Shown here in pieces: positions 29,350 through 43,172 of a stretch of 64,000 nucleotides of DNA. The notes under the pieces are model-generated. The model worked only from the letters and a program-made list of their open reading frames with translations. It was not told the DNA's origin and searched no databases. The stretch is from Callorhinchus milii (taxonomy: Eukaryota): positions 4,712,001 to 4,776,000 of the forward strand of contig NW_024704754.1 in NCBI RefSeq assembly GCF_018977255.1. The letters are read 5' to 3'. Numbering within the stretch: the stretch's first letter is position 1; each line of letters opens with the position of its first letter. The translations under genes were made by a program, and so were the position numbers.

Positions 29350-32300
29350 CTAGCGGACGAGCGGCGATTGCTTAAGTGATATCAGTACAGAGCGCATACG
29401 CGATACATCCTTAGACTGCTTGCTGGTTTTGGGGTTGAAGTCACAAAGGCGCGCTACTCGTTCCCACTCTGTGCCAGGAGTGTCTTCATCACGGTCCTCC
29501 ACAAAGGCTTCTTCAGCGGCCCTAAAAGGAGAAACCAGATATCAGGAGAGACCACAGGTGTTACATCCGCAGGTCAGTAAACATCCAAACTATTCTGTTG
29601 TCCACCATTTACTCTCCCCCCACCACCGTGATTGCCAATAATTAGGAGCAGGAGCACTGGCTAATGTTGCCCTTGTTCCCATAAGACAGAAGCCAATTAT
29701 GAAGGCCCTATACTTCTGAGAAGCAAGAGTAGACCAGTTGTGGAATATTTTGGGTCTCTAATGCTAGATGTCACCCAAGTGGTACATTTACTTACAGTAC
29801 TAAGCTATGAGGGAGTCACTTCAACACAGGTCACAGAATATTTAAGTTTGGCATCTCACCCCTCCATCTTAACCCAAAGAGCTTTCGGAATGTTTGAAGT
29901 TAAATTTCCAAGTAGGAAATAGGCATCAATGTCAAAGCTTCACATTGATCTTGCAGTGATAATCATGCTGTTTATGTAAGGCTGATGAATGCTAGCAGGG
30001 AAGTTGTGTTCATAGTGCACGAGACTGGCACAAACATTTGCAAAATTTTTTTTTTGGGGGGTTGCTATATTTTAACTGAAGTAGTTGTTAAATGTTTGTA
30101 TAAATAATTCCCCCCAAAATACAGGACACATCAAGTCAATATGTTGGTACAACTTTCCCACTGCACTGCTTTTCCAAACAGCAACATGCAAACTGTTTAA
30201 AATGGAGGAAAGTATGTTTAAAATGGAACAAGCACACCACAGTTTTGCTAGATGGGAAGCAAACATGAGAAGCAAGTTGCACAATAAGTCACAGGTCAAA
30301 CACCACATTGGTTTCACAGAAAAATGTTTAACTGTGGACAGATGAATTGGATGTAAAAAAAATAACTTTGCAGGTTAGCAGCATGCACACAATACAACCT
30401 TCAGCTTCAGATCATTAGAAAAATATTGCATCCTGACAGATTGAAGTGAAAGTTCAGCTGCTGCAAGGCTCCTCAATTTAGCAAACCTACATTCAAAAAA
30501 AAGGCACACCACTAGCTTTATATAAGTTAGCAAGAGCCAGTCATAGACAATGCACTCAAGGCCATCAGCAATTGCACATTTAATGGTTAAAAGTCTGACT
30601 GGTGGTGCTCAAGACCCGGGTAAATCAGTGAGGTGGGTGCAAGATGCATGAAAAAGGGTTTGTAGCAAACAAATCCTCTTTCTATACCACTGCGTTGCTG
30701 GTCAGTCTACAAGTCCACGGTTTGCTTCAATATAAAGGTCATTATTGCCATGCACAATGTTCCAGTTTGGCTACTGTTATTTGGTAATGTAATTGGATCC
30801 TTTACCTCAAAGGACAGCATTTCTTAGTACTGTAAGTTCTGCACAACTACTGTGGGGACAGAAAACTTCTTCCTGCTCCTCATTCAATTTAAAGCCCCTT
30901 CATGATGCCATGAATGCTGCCTCTCCCACATTGTCAAAGACAATAGACTTTCCGAGGTTCATTGCTTGAGGCGTTCATTTAACAATCTGGACAAGAACTA
31001 GCAAAACTAATGTAGGTTAAGCTGAAACTGAAACATTAAAAACAAGGAAGAGGAATGACTAAGTGGAAAGGAACAGAAGGGTCTGTAAATAAACAAAGTT
31101 GTATTGTCCTAATATCCACACACAATTAATTTCAGCAGTATTACTGGAACAAACACTAACGCTTATCTTTTAGTAGAGCAAATATCTAACCTGTAAACTT
31201 CTCCGATTGCTTTAAGGTGTTCAAGAGTAATGTTCATTCAAATACTCATTTAGCTTTTAGATACTAAAAGGCTTTTAGTGTTACAAAACAAATTACTTTA
31301 ATAGTGTTCTTTCACATTTTCAGATACATGCTGACTGAAGTACTCCAGCTACTTTCAACTGAAGTATAGAATCATAGGATATTACAGCACAGAAAAAGGC
31401 CATTCGGCCCATCGTGCCTGTGCTAGCTCTTTGGAAGAGCTACCCAATCAGTTCCATTCCCCACTCTTTCCCCATATCCTTGTAAATTTGTCCCTGTCAA
31501 GTACCTATCCAATTCCCTTTTGAAAGTTGTTATTGAATCTGTTTCCACTATCCATTTTTTGATGTGCAAAACAGTACATTTCTGTGACCTTAACTGCTCC
31601 TTTCATCTTTTTCTCATAAACTGACAGTGAATGGAGCCATGAAATGTATTAAGTCTTTTCCACCAACAAACACCAGTGTGGTGTTAAGTGAAGCCAGTGG
31701 TTTAGTATTAATAAACATAATTTAAAAATGGCTAAAAAACATCAGCACTGATGATAGTGGAAGCGAGGATATAAAGTTTACCTCAACTGAAATCCAAGGA
31801 TCAATGGAAACATTACTCAATCTACTTGCTTCTCCCTCCCTTTGCTCTTGGATGGCCATTGCTCAACTGACTGAACAAGCTAAATTGTTCACTCTCCTCT
31901 AGCAAATACTAAATTGAGGAAAGAGATCCAAGCCATCCCACCCCAGCTCAGTCTTGGGCACAATGACCCCTTCCCAAGCCACTGTTAAGGTCAGGACTTG
32001 CAGAACTGTAGCTGAGTTTGTAGTTAGTTCAAGGCCTATAGGAGTGTGCTAGCAGCACAGACAAATGTAAACAATTTAAAGGGGGAAACTTTCACAATAT
32101 ATATTAGCTGTAAATTCGTATAGTTGAGGCTTTCCTGATTTAGGATATATGCATACCAGGATTTCCTCAAACCCCATGTAATTCAGTGGAAGCCTGTACA
32201 AGAAAATGTGTGTTAAGCAAATGAAAGAACCAATTAATAAAATTAATCAGGTCTATTGTTGCAATTCACAGAATTATTGACTGAACAATACTATTTGAAG

Positions 32301-35300
32301 TGTTAAGTTTCAAAGAGCCTGGCGATAGTTAAGGTTATAAATATTGATCAGTCGCTACACAAGAATGTAAAATTCAGGCACAGCACCACATACACTCTAA
32401 TCTATTCACAATTATCAGTTATTCATTCTAAAGATAAAGAACACCAAACAGTAAGAGGATGAAAACTTAGCACTAATGTAGAAAAACGGTGAAGAAAAAG
32501 TGCCAACATACACGTAGCCTATCACATCAGCGCAGGATTGTTTGTAGAAAGCTTGATCAGCGATCCTAGTGCACATGCATGTTAGTCCAGAGACAGGGAA
32601 ACCAACCGGTGGACCAACGGGAAAGCAGCAGAGAAGTTGCAACAGGTGGATAGAGACATGATAAGGATAAAAAAAAGGAAGGACAGTGTTAATAACGTTA
32701 TTATTAAGACTTTAGTAAATGCAGCAGTATTTTACTTCCCAGAATAAGCTAAAAAAGCATTTAGTGATGTCAAACTGTTGGGAGATCTGCAAAGGAAATC
32801 AATCTAAAACACCATGCAAATGTTAGCACATGTCTTTACAAAAAGCTGGTGCTATTGTCAATCAGATTTCTATGAAGGGCAAAACTCATCAGTAACCATT
32901 TCTGAACATTTATTGGTTATAAAGTCTTCCAATTCTACATATTTTCATAATGCTGTGAGGACGGAGTACAAATAAAGTGGCATCTTTGAGAAACGAGTAA
33001 CCGTATTTGTAAGTATTATCCACCAGACTCTCACTTGTTCTAATACTGACTAGTCTGTGAGGTACATTTGCAATATCGGATGGTACAAGATGGACTGTAC
33101 TTGGAGGTGTTTCATCCTCCTTGTGTCATTATACATTGGAATGTTAGCATAGCATTAAATAGAAAATGTGTTAAGCATAACACTTCAGGTAAACTACTAA
33201 TCTTATGTTAACATTTCTGGAGAGCACTGAATAACACAAGACTGTCAGTCAGCCTTCAAAACATTCTAACAGTACTAACTCACTCTACTAGTACAGTACA
33301 TATTCCTCAAATATATTATACATCTAAAAATGTTAGCTCCAGTGATTTCTAGATAAAAGATGCAAATGGTTAACAGTGCTTCCATTTTGAGAATAAAGCA
33401 AGTTACACTTGTGTAGGTATATTAGCTTTGTGCACTAAGGAGCTAATATTGTTTGCAGATCAACTCTTCCTGGTCCCTAAAAGAGAAAAAAAAACTCCCA
33501 ACATAGGGAAGTGATGCAAAGCAGGCAAGGTAATAATGCTATATTTGCATAAAAGTAAAAGCACTAAACATATGTCCATCCGCAGGGCTCAACGTGAACA
33601 CAATCTGAGCAAATCCTCCCTAAAATACTAGCATCAGCAAAACATTCATTATCTTTCCAACTGCTGTACATTAATCTATTGTAAACAGCATTTCTCATTT
33701 CAGCATTTCTCTTTTCTGAACGTTCAGAAAACCCGACCCTTCGCAACACCAGTATTCCTTGTTTACCGAGTACATTAAGGAATTTTGCTGCACAACAATA
33801 GAAAGTCATTAAACAGATTCAAAGATTCATGACTCTAATCCAACCCCACACTGAGATTACTTGTACATTACAGGTGATGCTGGCACCAACTCCATCCACC
33901 TACAATGCTGTGATTTTAAACAAATGGCCTCATAACCGAGCTATTGGTTCCCAATACCCCAGAGACAGCAATAACAGCCTCTAAAGCAGTGTGAAACATT
34001 GTCCCTGGTTGTGGGTGGGCCCCAAGCCCTCAGCCAGCAACACGCTTTTCTGGTGATCAACTGCTACGGACCTTCCCGCAAACGTGAAGCAAGATCCAGC
34101 CACCAGAAAATCAGAGACAACTTTCAAACAGACAGCTGTCTGCTGCTCACAGTTTCAATTCCCGAAACACCAGGAAGGCCAAACTTAGAACCAGTTTAAT
34201 CAGACTTTCATCCCATCGTTGTGCACAGTATAACCTAGGTCTTGAATAAAATTACTATTCTAACCTATTTGGCCACTGCCACATAACAACATAACAATTT
34301 GCTCGGCGAAAGAACCCCAAGGTCTGTCTAGCTCGCCTTGCACCATACTGTCAGTCACTTGACATGTTGTGTCCCAAACTACATATTGCATCCAGCGATA
34401 TTTTATAGCAGAAATCTATCTAATTTGTTCTTGAAAAACAACACTTTCTGCTTCCACCATCTCCCTGGGGAGTTAACTTTGGGAATAAAAGCCAAGCAGA
34501 ATAAGATGTGCATTAAACTGACTGTCACAATAGTCACAGCTGAACTATTGGCCAGCAAGCAGGCAGTAATCAGCTTTGTCAAGGTTATTCAAACAGGTTA
34601 AGCAAATATTAAATGATACAGTTCAGGAATCATGTCTTTCGTTGACTGACAATTTTGCCCTTTACTATTTTCCCAGCACACAAAGCAGATGAAGCAACAG
34701 AACTCGGCAATTAATTATTCAGTATAAAGGTTCTCAAATGCTAGAACAGACCACCGCACCATTTTATATATATTTTAGGAGTAACCATTCAAGTCTAAAA
34801 TTGTGGAAAGATGCAGTTATTTGTAAAGCGCTAATCTCATTTTAATTACAATTCTTAAACCGAGTCAAGAATAATCTTTGGAGGTCAGTCGGGTGCCTGA
34901 CACATGCGGAAACCCATCACCACCCTTAAAGATTATCCAAACTGAGATTTCCATGCATCCCACCTACACATGGAAATCCCAGGTAGATTGTTGGAATGAA
35001 ATGCGCACTCTTTTCCCAGAGGGACGCATCCTGCTTACCTAATTCCGGGAAGTATTAGATGCAGGATGGCAAGAGTCTCGGCTTGGGGACCCCAGAGTGT
35101 GCATTGGGGTAACTGCTGGAGTCTAACCAGCTAAAACTATATAGCTTGCCATTGATATTGCTGTCCGGCAACGTTCCCACTGCTTGTCCAGCTAGGACCA
35201 TCCTACCTGTTAGGGCTTTGGCTTGCAGGGTTAACAGGAGCTGATTGGGATGACTCCCTGACCCCAGTGACTGGTCTGTCCTTCCAGATGCCGCTGATGA

Positions 35301-38300
35301 GCCAGGCAGACTATGCTGCCATCAACAGTGCCCTGAAATACTGCAGACCAGCCTGGCTCAGAAGCCAGACTACCAAGATTGCCACAGAGGGCTGGCTCGA
35401 TTTCTGACATTTCATTACTGGCATGTCACTTTGCCAGTTCAGCTCCAAGGAGACTCCACTTACCTCCCCCCCCAATGAGGATAATCAGATTCTAGAACAA
35501 CAACCTCACAGCATTGAGTCAAATATCCCAAATTCTAATCAAATCGAACATCGACAGCCAGCTGCAGTATTTTATCTGGACTGAGAAAAATCTCTAAAGT
35601 TCAACTCGGTGCTATGGTACTTGAATGCAAATATTCAAAAGCAACTAAAACTGCTCTTAGTTCAGTTTTAAACTGTATGACCTTCGATTGTTAGCTTCTT
35701 GTAAACACCAAAAAAGTATTTAAAATACTGAAGCCTTCAAACATACCTGTTATTCTTCTTGGTTTTCTCCAACTGTTCATTCTGCCGTACATACCACTCT
35801 TCTAGTTCCTTCTTAGCTTTCTCTTTCCATTCTATTTCTGCTTTTCGGGAAGCAGTGTCTAAAATACAAGATAATACATGAAATTTCACAGGAACTTTCT
35901 GTCTTGACTTCCAAAAGTACAAGAAAGCCTCTATTATTTCCAATTCTATGTACCACAGTAATTTACCCGTTTCTCAAGTTGAGATGTTATGCTCCCATTT
36001 TCTCAATATGGGAAGCATTACTTATCCTCAGCTTTCAGTGAGCTGAGAGTTTAAATACAATCTGGAATGAGTGACATTTCCAATATTAATGTAAAGTTGT
36101 CACTTGGATCTTGTAGGTCACCTCTCTCTATAGAGTATATATATATATACATACACACAATGGAAAAGTTATAACTGAAGCCATATTATGGAGGTGCAGA
36201 ATTTTTTTTACCATTTGGATCAATAGTAGAAACATAGTAGTTACAAAGGCAGACGAGTCAGGATACATCACCATGATATGCTATTGGCCAGGGTTAACAG
36301 CTGAACCTTCCTTACCAAGCTCTTCTAGACGGGCTATCTGCTCCTCACGCCACTTCCGGATGCTATCAGGTTCTTGGCTCAAACGGTCGGCTCGAGCTAT
36401 TGCTGCATAACTATCATTGGGACCGTTTGACTCCTGCATTAACATAAATCATTACACAAGCATAATGCCTTTTGATGGGACTGCAACTATCAAGACCCCA
36501 TAAAAAGCTTGAGAACAGAGAGACACGTTAATACAATACATAGTAACTTTTGTGCCATTTTAAAATCAAGTGTACTGTTAGTAATACCCAGAACATTTTG
36601 ATGTGTGTGATCAGTGATTTTATTCTTCTCATTCTTAAAAGTTTCTTTCTCTGAGCTGAAGTTCAACAAAATCCAATAGTCTCGGCTTTGTGACATCAGC
36701 AATTTTCACCTGAAACTATGCGCACAACAACACCCAAACAGCTTGTGACATCACACTCTGCATTCACTGTTGTCACATCCCAACTCCACCATCTGATTAC
36801 CGAACAGCTTCTATTCCCATACAAGTTACAGAATTCCTAATCAAGGGAAGCATATACAGTGATTGTTACCCTGTAATGCAAGTTAAAACAAACTCTCACT
36901 GGCTGAAAAAAGTTTGGATACCAGGTAAAGTTAGTCATGGTAAAATAAAAAATCCTTCCAAGTTGTTTTTAAAATCAAACGTAAGCCCTCCAATTTTTTG
37001 TCCTCCTCCTCGTAGCAACTGGTTTGTTTGATAACTGCTGACCATCTCTTAAATAGCAGTTCTTCCGAATGTCAGGCCAGATCCTGGCTTCACATTTCCC
37101 AAGAGTTCACTGGTTAATGATCTTGAGCAGGGAACCCTGTAATTCTTTTCTCACCTGCTTAATCCAGGTGATTTAAGAAACTCAGAATTGTCTTTGGGTG
37201 AAATCAGCACACTCAGCATAGATTAAAATCCTACTGGTCTATATGACTGTTTTATGACGGGCATTTTATGCCATATTGTCTAGAATCGGACCGTTAACAT
37301 TTAACTGAGGATATTGTGTAGCCATAATTAGAGATGGTTTTAGTTAAAGATTTTCCCATTGAGTGAATCTTTTGAGTGATACTCCAGTTATAAAATAAGA
37401 CACCTGTCACACAGTTACTGCATTTGGGTGTTTTTTTCCTGCTGACCTGGTACACCTCTCCATTGACTGCTGCCAACTCGTCTTCAAAGCCATCTGAAAG
37501 AAAATTTATAAAATGTTATCATATAGGAATTTACTGTATATCCCCAGTGATCGGGAGATGAACCAACCCATAATCTCAGCTCAAGTCTACAAACAAGACA
37601 TGTGTACTAAAACGTAAACTCCAATCAACATAAAAGGTAGGCAAATGCAGCACAGAATTGGGAATCTCACTAGCAGCAACTAATTTGGCCTTGGTGCTTC
37701 AGCAAGAGGAAAGATTACTAGTACTGAACTCTGTCCAGCCACCCATGAGATGGGTGTGGTTGTGTAAGCAGAGGACTGACTATGATTGTTCCCTCCCCCA
37801 ACATTCAAGGCTCAACTTATACACAAATGGCCACTTAGGATAAGCACTTAAGAAAAGAACACCTAACATCTAGATTCCAGAGGAAGGAAGCAGACAGGAA
37901 GCAAACCTAATTATGCACTTTGCTCATTAGCAAGGAAGGTACCACTGCAGCAATGTATATAACAACTACCTATTATGAAGCAGCACCACGACCTAGCTCA
38001 ATCATAGACTGAAATAGAAAATGTATTTGAATCAATGCCATCAGTAACAGCGATTAGATTTATTGCCAGCTGCTGGATCAGTGAGATGAAAAGGTTTGCA
38101 GACAGCATTCAATAAAACTTAAAGAATACCATCCTCAAGACATTGTTGTCCACAAGGTTTCAACCACCCAATGAGAAGTAATTTAGAAACCAGTTGTGCA
38201 CAACATCGGCAAGATTTATACATAGCTCCTCTCTCAAAAGACCTTTCCTGAAGATTGTGCCTTTAACCCTGCTGCCTCAGAACAGAAAGAATGCAAAGTC

Positions 38301-41300
38301 CAATAAGCTGTCACCAAGGGTAGCAGTTTCATAAGCCATCTTGCTCATTCTCAATTAGAACTCTTATATTCACACATTCCTTACAGCTCAGGGTATACCT
38401 GTATATATTATTCGAGAACCATGTTTTGCATCTTTCAGTTTGAGAATTTTGCCAAGTTACTGTAATTTGTATTCTACATCTATTATTGGAAAAAAATCAA
38501 AGAGCAACTGTATTATTTAAGTGACATTTTGCAACATCCCAGGAATGGAAGTATTAATTTTGACATTAACTAACAAGCCAGCAACTAATATTCAGCCACA
38601 GTGTAACTGCAAATAAGAAATTAAACTTCAAAGGTCAAAAAAGTGTGCATTTAATAGTTACCATAAACTAGCAACTGACTTGTATCAGCGGCTGGAGTGA
38701 AATCTATCCTTCCCACTGAAAAGGTGGATTTATGTAACTAGCACTGTCAGGACCTAGTTAATAATTGAAGACAAATGGGCTACATTTCATTCAGTCAGGC
38801 AAAGAGTAACCTGATGCAGTGATGCATAAAATAAAGAACTAAAGTTGCAGCATTTATATTTAATCCTGGTCTGGTTTTGCTGCCTTTACTGCAGACAGCA
38901 AGTTATAGGAGTTTGGTTCCATTGGCAAACCTATCGGGAACAGAATAGTTACCTGGCCACTCTGCTCCAGTGGTTGCTTGAGTGGTATTCCTGACACTGT
39001 TCCAGTCTTACTATGGATGTAACTATTAATTAAGTGGTCAGTATTACCATTGTGCTATGGTTAAATCTGAAAAACCTTTGAAAGAATTTATGCAATGTAT
39101 TTCGCTTGGTTTATTGTGACTAAAGTGTTCTATTTCGCTGTGACAGACTAGCTATCTGTGTTGCATTTTACCAAAGACTAAATATTTATGAAGAATTGCA
39201 GGAGGCTGATACAATTGAACCACATGATCCTATATGGAACAAAGTTCTCATTTCAATATTCAATCTTAACTCAACTGTGAATGAGTGCAACACCATCCTT
39301 CCTAGATTTCTTATAAACACAGGCTATTTTCCTGGATTCTTATGTGTTTATGGCCAAGGTTAGATTTAGCTAAAGTCTCAGTGCTGGTACTGGCCTATAA
39401 TTAGGAGGAAGTATTTATGAACAAGATTGGTTTTAGCTGTGATGACCCATTCAGTAGTATGGATTCACTGGCTAAACACAATGTATATCCACTTTGAAAA
39501 GGTCTGCCATTGGCAGACCAACATATTAGGAAGGAACAACACAGTTAAAAGTAACTTGCTAAATCAAGATGAATCTGGTTTATAGTACTGTAAATTCATC
39601 TTTAGTTTGGATAAAATGCAGCTGACCGCAGAACTCATTCAGAAACTGCATGATCTTCATTTAAAGGTTTTACTACCCAGTAGAATGTTAGTGATAGAAA
39701 ACTTATTTATTATGGTCTTATGTATTCATAGATTCATAGAATGTTACAGCACAGAAGGAGGCCATTCGGCCCATCAAGTCTGTGCCGGCTCTTTGACAGA
39801 GCAAGTCACTTTCACTAACCCCAATCACCAGCTTTCTCCCCATAGCCCTGCAAACCCGTTCCCCAGATATCCAGTTCTCTCTTAAAAGCAGTTATCGAAT
39901 CGGACTTCACTGCCCTTTCAGGCAGATCATTCCAAATTTGGACAACTCGCTGAGTGAAAAAATTTCTTCGAACCTCCCCTCTGCTTCTTTTGGTAGATAT
40001 CTTAAGACTGTGACCACGGGTCACAGACACACCTACCAGCGGAAACAGCTTTTCCTTATCTCGCCTGTCGAAACCTTTCATGATCTTGAAGACCTCTATC
40101 AGGTCCCCGCGTAACTTTCTCTACTCTAATGGGAAAAGTCCTAACTTCTCCAGCCTGTCCTCATAGCTAAGGCTCCCCATTCCTGGTATCATTCTCGTGA
40201 ATCTCCTCTGCACCCTTTCCAGTGCCTTAATGTCCTTCCTGAAGTAAGGTGCCCAGAACTGGACTCAGTACTCCAGCTGAGGCCTAACCAATGTTTTGTA
40301 TAGATTAACCATAACCTCCTTAAGAGAGAATAGAATTTGTCATTTCAAGAACATTAACTGTTTCTCTACATGATCTTTGCAAGAGCTCCAAGCACAATCC
40401 TGAAAAAGAGAGAGCTACGACTTCCACCTCTGATTAAGTATCCAATTATTCCTGGTGGACATCAAAAAAGACAAATTGAACTCAGCTGTGATGCCCTAGT
40501 GCAATATCTAACAGAGGCTCGTATCAAAAATAGCACTTGACTAGGCACTAGAATGCTAACAGCGTTCATGAAATACTTGAGCACAAACCTTGGCAATCAG
40601 AAACAGGTTCCAAATAAAATCCACTTGGGAAGCAGGTTTGGATCATTAGTGTTGAATTGCAAAAAAAGTCATAGCACAACTTTAAAAAGCTGAAATAGGT
40701 TATTGCAAAATATAACAACCACATGGGAAATTGATACTAAATATCCATATACATCTGCAAGCATAAGGAAATCGGTATACTAAGCCCTGCAAATCATGGC
40801 TAACAGTATACACAAAAATAGCAATAGAATCATTTAATATGCCTAGGATCATCTTAGAACACATTAGTATCCCCGATTCAAGGGATAATTCAAAATAGAA
40901 GTCCCACACTTTATGAAATTTCAGAAATAATTACAGCTTTCAGTCCACATGAAATCAGAGAAAGAATGCCCTCAGCATTTGACCACATTTTGATCAATCA
41001 GTTTTGCAATCAATACTAGACACTGATGAATGCACGATTCAGTAGCCCCCTGCCAATTGGCATTACCTAGTGAAGCAAGAGTTCTACTCTACAATTTCAA
41101 GCAGCAATTCTTCGAATGGGCTCCTCACTAAATTACTTTGCAGCAATTCAGCACAGCATCTCATTTACTATACAGAAAGCTCTTGACTACTGCAGATTTT
41201 CCAGGACAGAAGAGCCTCAGACTGAATAAGGTCACTCACTGCAGGCAGTAAGGTGCAGACTCTGCGTTCTTGAGAACTGTGATTCAGCAATGTCACAGGT

Positions 41301-42421
41301 AGGAAACTGCTGAAAATTGAGCATTGCCTCACTCAGCGCGCATTTCCGCATACTCGACACGGCTGATAAGAGAGCAAATAGTTAACCCATAAACTGGCAT
41401 TACACAAACTACAGGAACACACACACATTTCCCATTTCCTGTGGAGAAGAAAAGACTTTACATTAGACTGAAAACAAGAGATTAAAAACCACCGATAAAG
41501 GAATTATTTCACACAGTTTCACTGACAGAAGCACAATGAAACTTCTCTCCACTATCAGCCAGGGGAGGGAAGGGATAGAGACGAGCGAAACCCTTTATAG
41601 ATGGAGTTGTCTAGCCAGAAACAGGGCTAAGTGGCCCGGCTGCTCAGGTCACAACCAGAAGGCACAGCCCCAGGGTGAGACCGGGGACAAAGTGCTGCAG
41701 GCGGGGAGGGGAGCAAAGGGGGAGACAGGGTATTGCAATCTGCTGCCACATTTTCACCCAAGTGACAATCAATCCACCTTACAGTACATATTCTCTGAAT
41801 CACTTCGAGAAGTCTCAATAAGACTTGATAAGGCTCTTTCTCAAAGGTAAGGATTGTTATTATTTCATTGCTGCCATATTCACTTCAACAGTCACTACAC
41901 GACACGGTAAAAGCCTGCGAAGCGCTTTGATGCGTCTCGACGACGTGATGAGGCGCTGTATCATTAATGCAGGGATTATTATTACAATTATTATTATTAT
42001 AATACTTGCATTTGTATTATTAATAGCAGTAGCATTAGGGTGAGCGGGTCAGGCCAGTGACTGGGGCTGACAGCGCCGGGGAGGGGAGGAGAGGGGAGGG
42101 GTGTCGAGGGCGCGGAGGCCTGTCAGACGTGGTCCCGGGGGGTGGTGGTGGTGGGGGTGGGGGTGTGTGTGTGTGGGGTGAGTGTGAAAGGAAAGAGCCT
42201 GTCCCGGTTTCCCATAGGCCCCGCTCCCCACCTTCAGCGCCGCCCGAGTGCTGTATCACGGCGGCCGGCACCTCGCCGCCGTCCAGAATGCTGAAGCCCT
42301 CGTCGTTCTCGATGCCGGCGATCTCGCTCTCCTGCTGCGCCAGGAAGGCGGCGGCCGGGTCCTCCTCCGCGCTGCCCGCCGTGCCGTTGTCCGAGGAGAA
42401 GAAACCAATGTCGTCCGCCAT
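29350..42421 (-). CDS. CLTB: Clathrin light chain B (212 aa, or 230 aa with the neuronal exon)
   Basis: Exons 42421-42232, 37493-37447, 36433-36316, 35858-35747, 32565-32512 (alternative), 29521-29350 (TAG). Consensus segment EEDPAAAFLAQQESEIAGIEND and N-terminus MADDIGFFSS. Lies between HIGD2A and FAF2 as CLTB does in human. AATAAA (minus) at 28051-28056. Confidence 0.92.
32512..32565 (-). CDS. CLTB: CLTB neuron-specific 54-nt cassette exon (RIADQAFYKQSCADVIGYV)
   Basis: Symmetric phase-2 exon, ctag|GATC...ACGT|gtatgt. It matches the 18-aa brain insert of clathrin light chains. Confidence 0.9.
34885..35165 (-). mobile_element. Unclassified poly(A)-tailed retroelement 3' end
   Basis: Homologous to 24150-24431(+), 48790-49062(+), 47295-47394(+), 2259-2370(-) and 43763-44120(-, interrupted). 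Most copies end cacccagctgacc-An. Confidence 0.7.
39725..40320 (-). mobile_element. CR1-clade LINE 3' end in CLTB intron 1
   Basis: ORF2 C-terminus KGFDR..LFPL..TRGHSLK..RRNFFTQRVVQIWNDLP and an 8-mer (TCTATGAA)n tail. Smaller CR1 pieces at about 31369-31550, 49500-49720 and 62755-62865. Confidence 0.9.
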
Positions 42422-42490
42422 CTTGTTGCGCTCCTGCCACCCGCCAGCACCGGAAGACGCGCGCGACGTCAGCTCTTTTAACGGCCCGGC

Positions 42491-42927
42491 GTTACGTGGT
42501 GCGAGTCCCCGGACAGACCCAGCCTGCCCTTGTCACGTGGTGCGAGGCCCCCCCCCCACACACACACACACGGCCAGCCTGCCCTTGTCACGTGGTGCGA
42601 GTCCCCCCCCACACACACACGGCCAGCCTGCCCTTGTCACGTGGTGCGAGTCCCCCCACACACGGCCAGCCTGCCCTTGTCACGTGGTGCGAGTCCCCCC
42701 ACACACACGGCCAGCCTGCCCTTGTCACGTGGTGCGAGTCCCCCCCCACACACGGCCAGCCTGCCCTTGTCACGTGGTGCGAGTCCCCCCACACACACAC
42801 ACACGGCCAGCCTGCCCTTGTCACGTGGTGCGAGTCCCCCACCACACACGGCCAGCCTGCCCTTGTCACGTGGTGCGAGTCCCCCCCCCACACACGGCCA
42901 GCCTGCCCTTGTCACGTGGTGCGAGTC

Positions 42928-42958
<31 letters not shown>

Positions 42959-43005
42959 ACCACCCACACAGCTCTGTATCACATGGTGCCTCCAGCGTCA
43001 CGTGG
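42491..43005. repeat. CLTB promoter minisatellite with 9 tandem GTCACGTGG E-box units plus one outlying copy
   Basis: Near-invariant core cggccagcctgcccttGTCACGTGGtgcgagt with a variable poly-C/(CA)n linker, period about 43-55 bp. It starts about 70-100 bp upstream of the ATG. Confidence 0.95.
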
Positions 43006-43172
43006 GGAATGCCTTGCCTTGCCTGCCCCACCAGCACACTGCTTCTCAGGCATTGCCCAGGCAACTGGCAACAACGCCAGGCCTGTCACGCTGTGTATAA
43101 ATATATATATGCACACATCTAGGCATATATTACACGTCTCTCTATAATATATTGTGTCTTGATACCAATCCA

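Noticed and set aside
42491-42960. CRISPR-like array of conserved repeats with variable spacers
   Set aside because: The spacers are only poly-C/(CA)n length variants, there are no cas genes, and the context is a vertebrate promoter. It is a VNTR.
42057-43147. Long plus-strand ORFs of 347, 208 and 205 aa with repeated peptides
   Set aside because: They are the antisense of CLTB exon 1 plus translation of the minisatellite, which is open in several frames.
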